A DNA stretch of 64,000 nt from Yuukianura sp. NJ FZ-2021 (taxonomy: Eukaryota): positions 4,588,001 to 4,652,000 of the forward strand of contig CM102285.1 in the NCBI GenBank assembly GCA_046563655.1, read 5' to 3'. The notes under the pieces were generated by a model. The model saw only the letters and a program-made list of their open reading frames with translations. It was not told the origin of the DNA and searched no databases. The translations under genes were made by a program, and so were the position numbers. This document shows positions 31,846 to 51,779 of the stretch, piece after piece (position 1 is the first letter of the stretch; every line of letters begins with the position of its first letter).

Positions 31846-33375
31846 AACCTAGTCGTACCAAAATTTAGAGAAGACGTTGCCAAGGAAGTAAAGGAAGCCA
31901 CCATTATTGTAACTCCGCTTATGCAAAGCCAGTGGTCTTCGCAAATCGCTAAAGGAATGGACTATCTTTCCTCCAAGAAGGTGAAAATATATGTTTTAGC
32001 ACCTGGAAATTATTTGAACAAAGAAACTGCCTAGAAAGCAGCTGTAGGAATTGTTTCCTGTGTAAGAGCGTGGTTGATTTGAAAATTGAAATTTTTGGTT
32101 CAACTAGATCGTTCATGCCGATTTGGCGACTCGGAATGTACTGGTGACTTCTGACCTGTCAGTTCGTATTTCGGATTTTGGTTTGTCTCGGAGAATGGAG
32201 AACTATGAGAATTATTTGAAGACCGGAGAGGAACCGCTGCCTTGGCGCTGGATGGCTCCGGAGTCACTCGAGTTTCGTATTTTCGCTACTGCCTCAGACG
32301 TTTGGTCATTTGGTGTGACGCTATGGGAAATTTACTCAATGGGTAGCATTCCATATGGTGCAAAGTCGTGGACCACAAATTTTGTTCGAGAGTTGGAAGC
32401 TGGTGAGCGTCTAAATCGGCCTGTACATGCAACCGAAGAAATGTAATTTTGATTTATCAAAATCTACCGTAATTTCTACACCATACAAATGAAATTAATT
32501 TTTTGGTGTTGAAAAGTTTCTATGTAATTTCTAAAATGTTGTAGATACGAGCAAATGAAAAGATGCTGGGCAGGGGATGCTTTACAGAGACCTGCATTTA
32601 AAGATCTTGCAATCTTTTTTCAAAACGATGTCTACAGAGAAACCAACATCGTATACCTCGATATTAGCACTTTGGTTCTCAGCAAAACTATTTAACTTTT
32701 TATTATATTCATCTCGATTTTCCACAACTACTGTCTTACAACTTTACAACCTTTAACAACCTCCACAATGTGTAGCCGCCGCCGGCCTTCTTTGGTGACT
32801 ACATTTGTGTTGCAATATTTGTATAGTGGCCCATGAGAAATATTTTATCGCCACTCAACTGTAGAAAATAATGCTGGCAACACTATGAAGATAATCGATG
32901 ACGCACCGGAAACACTCCTATGTTATTAGTCAGTTACAATATTGTAGCCCCCCCCCCTTGAATGTATACAGTAAATGTTTAGGATAGCAAATGTAAGTTA
33001 GGTTTTTGTCGCATCTGCTGGGTTGATTCAATTATTGACAGGTTATGTTAGAATTCTTCACTAATGTTAAGTTATTTTGACCATAAAGGTAACAACAGCA
33101 AATAACGAGGTTTCAACATCTTTTGTTTTAACTCGTAGGTTAGGTTGTCGAACTCACGATTTTTAGTTCAGCGCGCAAAAAAAAACATGTATCCGACAAA
33201 CCCGAGTTTTAGTGAGACCTTTATTGTTTTGTTTTCGTATGGCGCGAGGAAGATTTTTGTCACAGTGGATCAGACCAGACGAGCAAAGTTCTCAGTTTTG
33301 TCAATTACTAATTGGAGTGAAACTTAGGAGAAGGAGGTTACTGATTGACGAAAACGGTTTCGGAGTGGAATAGAA

Positions 33376-34020
33376 ATGCCTGGAGGTCACAGTGCTAAGC
33401 GTGATAGACGATACCAAGGACCGGAAGAAGGTGTCGAAGAAGAGCACTTTCTGTCTGCGGTAAGGTTTACTTTTCCTAAATCTTGGTGAAATTAAACTAG
33501 TGTGTGGCAGAGAATAAGAAAACGTCACGGGTTGGGTGCGAAAACTAAATTACCTATTAATAAATTAATTAATAATAGCCTAATTTACCTCCCAGTCCCA
33601 ATAGGGTTGAGCCAAAATTCAAGACGCGAATTTTTTTTTTTAACAAACGAAAATATTCATTTGTAGGTTGCTCCAGAAGGTGCCGATCAAGAAACGTGCA
33701 AGACATTCCTATTTCGGGGTGAAGGTCATACGCTGGGCAATGCTCTCCGATGTATTATTTCAACATACCCAGAGGTGCGATTATGCGCTTACTCTATGCC
33801 ACATCCCGCTGAAGATGTGATGCATTTCCGCATTCAAACAATGCCCGGAATTCTTCCCCAAGATATGCTTCAACGCGGTCTGCACGACTTGATCAAGCTC
33901 TCGGACGTTGTTGTGGAGAAGTTCCAGGAAGCCGTTGTAAATGCTCCCCTCCAATGCCAAACGAAAGGAAACGAGTTAAACAGCTCGAATACGATCCGTG
34001 ACTCGTCGTATTACCAATAA
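33376..34020 (+). CDS. POLR1D: RNA polymerase I/III shared subunit RPAC2 (AC19)
   Basis: Two exons (33376-33459, 33667-34020): TCKTFLFRGEGHTLGNALRCIISTYPEVRLCAYSMPHPAEDVMHFRIQT, the RPB11/AC19 signature. Confidence 0.88.
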
Positions 34021-35661
34021 ATTAAGATCACTAAATATTTTTATTACTTGATTAATACAAACGATACGTATTCCTTTTGGAAAGATTTGCTTTAATCTGA
34101 CACAAAAGATATTACGGAAGTTTCCTTATCAGTGTATAAGTCCGGCGTTTAGTTTCTGTGAATATTGAATTAACCTAAGTAGTCGTTTTCTGTCTATTAG
34201 ATCGGGCCTTGTGTTCAGCACGTAGGCTAGGAGTTATTTAAAATCGAAGGTCGGAGTACTAGCATTTGTAGAGCAACGGTCATTGGTTTGTTGGTAAAAT
34301 TGAAATGCAAAATCAAAATGGCTGATTAAACCTTTTCTCCAGCACAAGACAGCACCCTTGTTTTAGAATATCTTTAAGAAAAGTATCGGGCTTAACGTTT
34401 CGTTACCAATAATGTAATTTGCGGTCAAACTAATCGCTTACAAAGGATGCCGTGGTTGAACACTATGATATCAAATGGTTTGAGTACTCCACAAAAGTTA
34501 TTCACTCAGTAGTCAATTTTAGTTTCAATAGTCCCTTCATCGAATTTCGGTTCGTGATAGAGAAAAGCTAATTGTCCGCATCTTGCCAGTGACACATACA
34601 GGTTCACTTGATCACAACTTTAAACCCAAGGGACGGCCTTACCCAGTGAGTATTAGGTACGACGATACACATTTGGAGTTTCCTATTTAGTTACCGCCAA
34701 TCGCTCGAGGAAAGTTATCATCGTTTTGAAGTTAGCCCTAAATACGCAAGATCTCTGGGTCAGGTCAGTGCTTCAACGGCTCAATTTAGGAATCTTAAGT
34801 AATTAAAATGTATTTGGAAATTTTAAAACAGGGTGCTTTCACAAAAACTTTTTTGGTTGATTGATGCTCTTGCTCTTTTAGTTGTAATCTCATTGTTTGA
34901 AAATTACTTCTTTTTTTCCTGATTTTTGGGTGTTTCACCTAGCTGTTTTAATCGTATTTTTTAAAAAAAAATCAGTTATTTGCATTTTGGGGTTTCACAA
35001 CTCACACTACTGTAAATTTTTTATGAGGTTTTTCTTTTGCACCATTTTCTTGTGAAAGAGGATTCAAATTTCGAATTGAACTCCATTCGGTGACCCGCCG
35101 CGGTACAGAAATTCAAAATTTTGGGAAATCCGTTTCTTTGTTTTTTTTTTTGTTTTTTTTTTTTTTTTTGTGGTTATGATTTTGAAATTGAAATCCGAAT
35201 GATGACGTCGTCGGTTCATCATCTCTTCATGTAGCGAAACTTGTTGAAAGTAAGAATGTAAACCATACATTTCTTCGGGTGAAAAGACCTTGAATAGATT
35301 GAGTCTTGTTGATGTGTTTACTCCGTCCATCCTTCCTAAGTGCATGGTATTGGTATGGTGTTATTTCCTTCGTAAAAATTACCAACCGCTGCTTTCCTTT
35401 GCTGCTGTTGCTGATAGGTTTCGGTTTACCAGTTTAGTATAAGCCTATCTCAGGGTGTTAGAGTTGCTGTGTTTTTAATTCACAGAGGACGGTATGCTTA
35501 AGTGTAGTACACAGTAATAATTAAGCAATGTTAAACAAATATTGCCAGTTAACTTGAACTGCAAAATAACTTTCAAAATTGCTCCGGTTCTAAGTCATCC
35601 TCAAGTGCTTGTCTCAAGTGTCACTACGTTTAATCACGTCTGAGTAATTAATTAGTGACAT

Positions 35662-43302
<7,641 letters not shown>

Positions 43303-43687
43303 TATATGCGATTAAAATGAGGGATAAAAATATTTCATAATTCATGCCTTTTCGTTTACTCGCGCCACTCAATCCAGATAAACTACCTTATTCTCACCCC
43401 AAGCTGCGAATTATGCTAACAACGGTGCCTTCCATTAAAATACTTTCGACGAAAAGCATATCAAACTGTCGAATTTCTGGATTCTCGCACTTTCCTGGAT
43501 CACACAACAATAAATTTTATTTGTGTGACGATTGGAGATCACATCAGCCATAATGGACTAAATGGTTTGAATAACTTAACAACTGCTGTGAAAATAGGTA
43601 AAGGGAAGTACCTAAACGATTATGTAGTTAGTCGGAAGAAAACTTTGGCGTCGTACGAATATGAGAATAAGACTGACCATGTATGTA

Positions 43688-44765
43688 CTAAGCAGCGAAA
43701 GCTGGTTCCTTCTCCTCGTCGTCCAAAGTGAGCTCGCCTAGACGATTGCCAAGAACTTCACTTTCGGTTTCGTCGAATTTTAGCTTCTTTGCAACAAACT
43801 CTGACGCGATTGTAGCTTGGGCAGTATTCAAAGTTTGAAGAGATGCTAATGCTTCTGCGTAGTTTCCATTGGAGCAGTACCTATGGAAAGTATGAGAGAG
43901 TTGTGTAAACGTTCCGAATATTTACATTAACATTTGTACTTTTAACTATGTTATCCACTATATAGGTACATATTTTGTTAACTACCGGTGTCTATTTAGT
44001 AGTCAGATATTAATATTATATTTTTACAATTTGAAAATAGCTTACAATTCATGTGCAATTTGATACGAACAGATCTTCAAAAAATGGGCGGCGGCATCTT
44101 TCGATAACTCATCCACTTTCTTTGGCGCAAATATCTTTGAGAGAACAATTGCTTGCCGATAGTACTCCTTCTGAAGTGTTAAGGCTCGGATTGCTTGTTC
44201 TGGTTGATTAATCAGAAGGAAGTAGTTCATAGCCCTCAACTTTTCTTCCTGAGTCAGTAACTGCCGGGCGTAAGTTTCCAGGACACGGGTAAGAAGTCTA
44301 CAGAATACACTTAATCTAATAAGCCAACATATTCATTTATGATTGAGAATGTTGAAAACCTTACTTCGGAAAATACGTCGATGCAACTCTGATCATTGAC
44401 TCGTTGACTTTACCAAGGGAGATTCCCGTCATAATATCTGCTTCATTCATCATCCCCACACAGGCGGAATTCAGCAACTCGCAAACGTCGGCTCCATGGT
44501 TAGAGAAATCGTGATCTTGGGCTGCAAATGAAATAAAGGCATTCAAGAATGTATAAAATATCCCGTCAAACAAATTAAATGCATAATGCTATGATTTTTG
44601 TGTTTCTATTTCCTAGAAAATGTAAGCAAACTTAGAAGTTTTATTTACATCCATGTTCTGTAAGGTTTCCGTTCTTCAGAATAAACAACCCAGCCATATA
44701 ACGCTGTTCATGAGCAGAAGAGTGTTCCCCGAAATCTCCAGCACCGCCTCCATTCCCTGAATATC
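43688..44765 (-). CDS. Short helical-repeat protein resembling the Gemin5 TPR-like dimerisation domain, with no WD40 repeats; 5' end uncertain
   Basis: Four phase-compatible exons (44765-44649, 44522-44365, ~44297-44046, 43880-43688): GKVNESMIRVASTYFPKLLTRVLETYARQLLTQEEKLRAMNYFLLINQPEQAIRALTLQKEYYRQAIVLSK. The pattern matches recalled Gemin5 GELTDNLVAMA..EAFAKQL..AASHLLSIHKVYEAVELL..YREAIAIAK. Confidence 0.6.
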
Positions 44766-44875
44766 CTTTGAAAATTATAAATAAATACTAGTTTAAGTCT
44801 ACGACGTGTCACAACTTGCAGATTTTTATTAGTATTATTGTTAATGAACAACTTAAACCTCTCGTCATTAATAGG

Positions 44876-45378
44876 TTAACTCAAACTTAGGAGTCTACCC
44901 AATTCGTTTGGAATAGGAATATGAAGGACTTGGGCAACTAAACTGAGCCAAGAAATTAAGTAATTTAAAGAAGATTTGTGTTTGAGGTGGGACAATGATT
45001 TCATTATCTCCGTCGTGTGACATGGATGGAGGCAAAGGAAGGGGACACGGAGCACAGGGTGCTCCTGTTGAGAGAGTTCATATATGGATTTTTTAAAGTA
45101 AAGACCGACATCTTCCACCGGAAGTAACTTGCCGGAGGAAGATGACATATTGAAGTAAATTACGGGTACAGCGTAGCTAAAGCTGTACACTATATGGTAA
45201 TCGCACTTCAAAATTGAGTTGTTGATCATTGTGTAGCGAGTGTATGACAGAAATGATCCACCAGCAATTCCCGGTTGGGGGCATTCTAGTGTCCAAGAAT
45301 CACCAAGAGCGTCTGGAACTTTTGAAAGGGCATCGATTGCAAGTACGAATTCATCCCATGACAATGAGCCGGAAAACT
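44876..45378 (-). CDS. ATG10: Ubiquitin-like-conjugating enzyme ATG10 (main exon; start codon in an upstream exon)
   Basis: LSWDEF, DYHIVYSFSYAVPVIYFN, LSQQEHPVLRVPFLCLHPCHT (catalytic Cys), NYLISWLSLV. The exon starts at a phase-1 AG acceptor (45379-45380). AATAAA at ~44825-44830. Confidence 0.92.
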
Positions 45379-47706
45379 CTGTTAATTTAGTACATAGAAA
45401 GAGATTTTAGAAACTGTTTAACAAATCACTCGGAATCGTCGTTCAACCTAATTGGGCATGGCATGAATGAATGACTTTTGTTTTGAGTAAAAACTTTTGA
45501 CTATTCGGTCACTGAAACGTTTTGACAATTAAATTTTGGGAAAGGGACTGGAACACATCACATCCTTCATATTCTTATTCTTATGCTTAAACCTTTAACG
45601 TTCATAAAAACTAGAGTACGTATTACCCGGACGGTACGCTAACAGTAACAATAGCAACACAGTGACCGACAGTCCATCGTCCATCTCATTCTAAACCTGA
45701 ATTTTGACGTAATGTCGGATCCAATCCAACTCAATCACATCAAAAATATCCAAAACGCTTATGCATTATGCTTATGACCTTATTTATCTAAAAATAAATT
45801 TTCTTTATACCTTCAACTCCAAGAGCTGTATGTGATTTTTCCATTACAAATTCCAGCTAACTGTCAAATCACCAACCACGTCCAAGCAGCAGCGATCGAC
45901 GTCGACCGATTTCAATAAAAAATTAACAACAAGAATAAAAAATATATTGTCGTCACTTTTGTGATATTGGTGAAGTACGCTTTAGCCTCACTCGTTGTAC
46001 CACCGGTAAGCATTGTATTGTACGCCTCGATTCCACAAGGAAAATCTAGCAAGCACAAATATGCCTTACAAACTTACATTCCGGGTTATCACGTGGTTTG
46101 GGTTTTCTGAATTTTAAACTTTGGAGCAAGATAGGAAAAAGATAAGTTGCGGACACATATACTGACGACGAACCTTAAGTCAACTTCTTTTGGTGGGGAG
46201 GGTCGCACTAAACAACGGACTTCGAATCTGCAGATAATCGATCGCCCTATACAAATACAAATCGCAAAACGGCGTTCGTCGTGGTATTATAAAATGCGAA
46301 AATAAACTTGGATCTGCGTAGCTCAACTGAATTCTTTACCTTCGAAACTTAACCTTACCTTAAAATGGAATTTCTGGAAGTCTGGTTGGACGAATAATTT
46401 AAACAAGGTAGGGCGATGCTCAAGGGTTGAGCATAGGTCTTCTGGAGGGAGTTGACAATTCATACGACATGTAAACCGGCTGTCTGCAAACACGTTCAAG
46501 AAAAACGTTAAGAAACCGTTTTCACGAGTTTTATGCAACGAAACGTCCCTCATAATGTTCAGTGCAGATGTGGGGCCTTCCTGTGCATAATTGCACCAAA
46601 GTGTGAAAAAAACCGTTTTCATAAAATTGTTGTGCAACTTGAGCTCTGCGCAGTTTTCATTCACTTCAAAATTATTTTGATGCACAATGTTTTCACATCG
46701 AATGGTTCTCAAGTGTGCACAAGATTAGAATGCCCTTAAATCTATTTATGTGAATGCACAAGTATTCGGATGTAATCTATAGTTCAATTTTTAATGTTTG
46801 ACCCTTTGTTGATTTTCTTTTTTCATTCAAAATTCAGTTACAGGGGAAATGAAACGGAATTTTTGTTGCCGTAATTATATTTAATTATAAAATAATATTT
46901 CCAGCAGTCCAGGATAGAATTATTTGCGCTAAAAATATCTCCACATACATTATATCTGGATTAAAAAAAAATCTGGATGAAAAGGAGGCAAAATTTTAAG
47001 GACCGATTCAATTAATTTAAAGTCTGGAAATATTCATTCGTGGAGATACAATTTTTTTTTATAGAAATTAGTTTTTGTGGCGGTGGCAAAATGCAAGGAG
47101 ACCGAATGTACGTTCTAAATTTCGCCGAGAGTGATCCGGAATGTAAATAGAAAAGCAGAAAATACGCGGAGTTTAACTGACAGCAAAGTGCTTTGAGTTC
47201 GAAGTTCGAACTTGTTGAAAAGTGTCCGAACTTGGATGCCCTAAAAGTAAATAGTGGTAAGAATTAGGAAGCACATTATCATTGAAATTGGAAGAGATTC
47301 ACCATTAGACTCAACTTCAGATGAGGAATAGAAACAACTTTTATGCTGTTCGATTGGTTCCGTACGTTTGTGTTCAGTTATCGAAATTGCTATTAGCAAC
47401 ACAATTTGTTCACAGTAAACAAAGGGTCAAACATTAAAAATAAAACTATAATCACCATTCTAAAAGATGTGTGTGCAGTTGTTCTACAGTATGCACAAAT
47501 TCTGAAATAACGACATCCATTACCCAGCGTCAAAATACTGCGCAATTCGGCATTTATGTGCATCCACTGATAAGTGTGCACAAAATTGACGTTGAGGGGC
47601 AGGGGTCGACTGCAGCTTTTCTAAATCAAAATCAGTTCAAATAAATGCACATTGTGTTATTAAGATTAGGATGGACAGATTCGCTTCAACGCAATTTCCC
47701 ATAAGA

Positions 47707-48024
47707 CTTCTGGTGCCTCTCCTGTAAGATTGGTTAGGCGCTCAAAAAACTACGACCACACTTTTCGCATTAGCACACGATGATGATCAAAACATCGGAC
47801 AACTAGGTGACGAAAACAGTGCCCTTCGTCCAGAAAACTTAAGTTTTCCGGAAAATTTTTCTGACATCCTCGGGAAAATCCAGAAAAACTAGGTTTTCTG
47901 GGCGAAGGGTACTCTTTTCGTCACCTAGTTGTCCGATGTTTTGCTGACCATCGTGTGCTAATGCGAAAAGTGTGGTCGTAGTTTTTTGAGCGCCTAACCA
48001 ATCATACAGGAAATGCACCAGAAG
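47707..48024. mobile_element. Foldback/MITE-like long inverted repeat (~140-bp arms)
   Basis: The arm cttctggtgc..gattggttaggcgctcaaaaaactacgaccacacttttcgcattagcacacgatg..ggacaactaggtgacgaaaa recurs as its reverse complement at ~47890-48024 with few mismatches. Confidence 0.85.
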
Positions 48025-49006
48025 ATTGGGTCAGAGTTCACGAATTTCTTGTTTACAATTTACAATTTCGTATTACGTCACCAAGGGTTGGGGCAACCTG
48101 AGAGTTGAGGCTAAGAAATGGCTCATCCACTTCGTCTGGCAGTTTTAGAAAAAACGCAAACGTTTCTCAAATTTGAAATTTAACGCAGTGATTCGCGAGT
48201 TAGCGTGAGTAGTGCAAAATTTCAATCGTAAAGAATCCACCCGTTCGGGTTTTTCATGATCACGTAGTTGTAAATTCTCAATTCTCAGTCGTTGCCATGT
48301 CTACAAAAAATTCTTTGGCGTTATTTTTATTGACCTCCTGTCTCTCCTTAAATGCATAAGTTATAGGGTCGAATATAGTTTGTTAGAATGAAAATAAAAA
48401 TTTGTCGCAAAGGCAAATTTGAATTCTGCCAAACTCTGTTCACATATTACGAATTTAAGCCAAATTTTCTCCCCTCTAATCAGTCTTAATTTAACAACGT
48501 AACTAAACATACTGCCAGAAAGTGACCAGATCAAAACCCCGTTGTTTATAAATGCTTTGAGTGCAATCGAAACCAAAACTGTTTTGCGGAGGCACGATAC
48601 TGCGGGTACGTAAAGTAGCCGCCCACTTCTACGTTGTTAATGTACGACTTTGAGTGCAATGCAGAGCTACTAAAAACACTCGAGGCATAGATAACCCCCC
48701 GACTGCGATGGGGCTTATGTTTCAGTGCAATGGGTCCTAAAAAACGTTACGGACGGACGGACGGACAGACAAAGTCGTATCAATAGTCTTCTTCAGCATG
48801 TCGTAGACATGCGTCTCCAGAAGACTAAAAGGACAGGATTCCGTATTTGTCCTTCCGTAGTACGGAAGCGCAAACGAGATATCAAGCTGGCACTCTTTAA
48901 TCCAGGTCGTCGGCAGTCAAACTTTGGTAGAAATTCAGTTTCGTGTACTATTTTCGAAAATTCTGAAATTTTTGTGCAGACAATACACGGAGTACTAATA
49001 ACAAAA

Positions 49007-50190
49007 ACCAGCTTATGCTGAAGGTGCACAAATGTTTGCACTTAACCTGATTTTCCAGCAGTGGGTATCTGAAGGCACCGGTGCATAATTTTGTCTCACG
49101 TTAGTTATCAACGTATTTGGAACGACAATTCTCACTCTAGATTGCTCTAAGATTTTGTGCTTGCCAATGCCGTTATGCAGCTGGAAGACTAGCACATGTT
49201 TTCGGAAATCCTACCAGTGCAGGATGCTTGCTGACGGAGCACAAATGTTTGCGCTTAACCTGATGTTCCAACAGTGGGTATATGAAGGGACCAGTATTTA
49301 ATTTTGTTTCACGTTAGTTATCAATGTATTTGAAACGACAATTCTCACTCTAGATTGCTCTAAGATTTTGTGCTTGCCAATGCCGTTATGCCGCTGGAAG
49401 ACTAGCACATGTTTTCGGAAATCCTACCAGTGCAGGATGCTTGCTGACGGAGCACAAATGTTTGCGCTTAACCTGATGTTCCAACAGTGGGTATATGAAG
49501 GGACCAGTATTTAATTTTGTTTCACGTTAGTTATCAACGTATTTGAAACGAAAATTCTCACTCTAGGTTGCTCTAAGATTTTGTGCTTGCCAATGCCGTT
49601 ATGCAGCTGGAAGACTAGCACATGTTTTCGGAAATCCTACCAGTGCAGGATGCTTGCTGACGGAGCACAAATGTTTGCGCTTAACCTGATGTTCCAACAG
49701 TGGGTATATGAAGGGACCAGTATTTAATTTTGTTTCACGTTAGTTATCAACGTATTTGAAACGAAAATTCTCACTCTAGGTTGCTCTAAGATTTTGTGCT
49801 TGCCAATGCCATTATGCAGCTGGAAGACTAGCACATGTTTTCGGAAATCCTACCAGTGCAGGATGCTTGCTGACGGAGCACAAATGTTTGCGCTTAACCT
49901 GATCTTCCAGCAGTGGGTATCTGAAGGCACCAGTGCATAATTTTGTCTCACGTTAGTTATAAACGTATTTGGAACGAAAATTCTCACTCTAGATTGCTCT
50001 AAGGTTTTGTGCTTGCCAATGCCGTTATGCAGCTGCAAGGATACCGCATGCTTTCGGAAATCCCACCAGTGCAGCATGCTTGCTGATGGAGCACAAGTAT
50101 TTGCGCTTAACCTGATGTTCCAACAGTGGGCATATGAAGGGACCAGTATTTAATTTTGTTTCACGTTAGTCATCAACGTATTTAAAACCT
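49007..50190. repeat. 213-bp tandem repeat, ~5.5 copies
   Basis: agcacatgttttcggaaatcctaccagtgcagg recurs at 49191, 49404, 49617 and 49830 (period 213). Confidence 0.95.
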
Positions 50191-50324
50191 AATTCTCAAT
50201 CCTAACAATTAACCCCTTTAAATCTGGAGTAACCTGAAATCGAAGACGCACTACAATAAACTTGTTGCAAAGACATAAATAAGCCTAGAGAGATCAATTA
50301 TAGAGAGTTCCCGCGGAAGATATT

Positions 50325-50725
50325 GTTGACTTTGACCCCTGATATTGTTAGAGATCACTTGAGGCCAAACAGCATTCGGAAACTTAGTTATCGCGTCGTG
50401 AAACATCCATCCCCGGAACCCATTTCCAAATCGGTCCAGCCGTTTCCAAATTGTGGAGAAAACAATGACCTTGAACCTTGACCCTGTTACAGGTCACCCG
50501 AGGTCATCAAAAGCCCATCAACGCAAACCTCCATCTATCCTTCCGTTTCCTACTGCAATGGAACATAACCTTGCCTTTTGGCATTTGGTGAATCCAAAAA
50601 CTGATTTTTAGTCATCTTGGCAGTAGTTGCTTAATTAAAGAAAACCACTTGAAAATCAGTGCAGTGGTTATCAAGTTATAACCATTACAGACGGACGGAC
50701 GGACAAAACGGTCCCTATAAGTATC
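50325..50725. mobile_element. Probable degenerate Helentron/HINE-like non-autonomous element
   Basis: tgaccttga/aggtca motifs, ccaaatcggtccagccgtt, and a (GACG)n microsatellite at ~50690-50704. A similar microsatellite lies at ~48750-48770. Confidence 0.4.
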
Positions 50726-50985
50726 TGACGATGTTTAATAAATAACCAACGTAAATCCCTCTCACAAAGCGCTTGGTACTCCCTCTTTACAGACTGACTT
50801 TAACTTTGAAGGATGTCTCGCTTAGGGCCATGAAACATTTAAATTGTACAGCTCCAGCATGAGCGTGAACAACTGATTTCAGCAGTTTCTGTGCGTATTG
50901 ATAACACCAACAACGGACATACCAAACAGAAAGTGCATTAAAGTGAGGAAATTACCTGCAGTACTACTTATATAACTGCGTGAAA

Positions 50986-51779
50986 GGGTCCATGCCAATA
51001 CATCGACACAAAAGACATCGACACGAAAGACATCGACAATAGAAACACTTCGACAATAAAACACATCGACCCAAAAGACATCGACAATAGAAACACATCG
51101 ACCCAAAAGACATCGATAAAAAAGACATCGACAATGAAACACATCGACTCAAAACAGATCGACAAAAATTTTATTTTTTATACCCGAAAATGAAATCGGG
51201 CATTTTTTTTCAAAATTTTGAAAAACGAATTTAACCTAGCCAAGGAAGTTTACATAGCCTAAGTAAGTAAAACATTAATAAAATTTTTAAAAATCAACCT
51301 TAGCCTCGAAAAGGGACACTACAGACGTAATCACTATGGCGTACTTTACCAAACCTATTGCCGCGCCTTCGGCACGGTACCGCTAACTAAGCCAGCACAC
51401 GTCATCAGTATTGCCAGATATTTTTTTTTTTCAAAATTTTGAAAAAAAAAATGCCCGATTTCATTTTGACCGATTGCTTCATGCCCGATTTTTCAAAATA
51501 AAATTTTTGTCAATCTGTTTTGAGTCGATGTGTTTCATTGTCGATGTCTTTTTTATCGATGTCTTTTGGGTCGATGTGTTTCATTGTCGATGTGTTTCTA
51601 TTGTCGATGTCTTTCTTGTCGATGTCTTTTGGGTCGATGTGTTTCATTGTCGATGTATTTCTATTGTCGATGTCTTTCTTGTCGATGTCTTTTGGGTCGA
51701 TGTGTTTCATTGTCGATGTGTTTCTATTGTCGATGTCTTTTGTGTCGATGTCTTTTTTTCGATGTAATGGCGTGCTTCG
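50986..51779. mobile_element. Foldback-type element: long inverted arms built of 15-17-bp ACATCGAC subrepeats, flanked by an 8-bp direct repeat
   Basis: The left arm ~50991-51225 is the reverse complement of the right arm ~51425-51774. GCGTGAAA at 50978-50985 and 51780-51787 is a candidate TSD. Confidence 0.8.

Larger units (their letters stand above)
27471..32695 (+). pseudogene. Chimeric ANF-ectodomain/tyrosine-kinase receptor, copy 2; frameshifted before the TM helix (pseudogene or secreted ectodomain)
   Basis: GACTG is duplicated at 30640-30649 in the TM exon, giving ...CGFHYEDWTVRQRILFGVSG* with TAA at 30682-30684. Downstream kinase exons keep their motifs and open frames. Confidence 0.75.

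Noticed and set aside
46075..46712. Exon-like minus-strand segments upstream of ATG10
   Set aside because: Joined frames stop quickly and show no recognisable homology; possibly UTR or non-coding exons.
49007..50190. CRISPR-like regular repeats
   Set aside because: Whole 213-bp units repeat with no unique spacers, there are no cas genes, and the context is eukaryotic.
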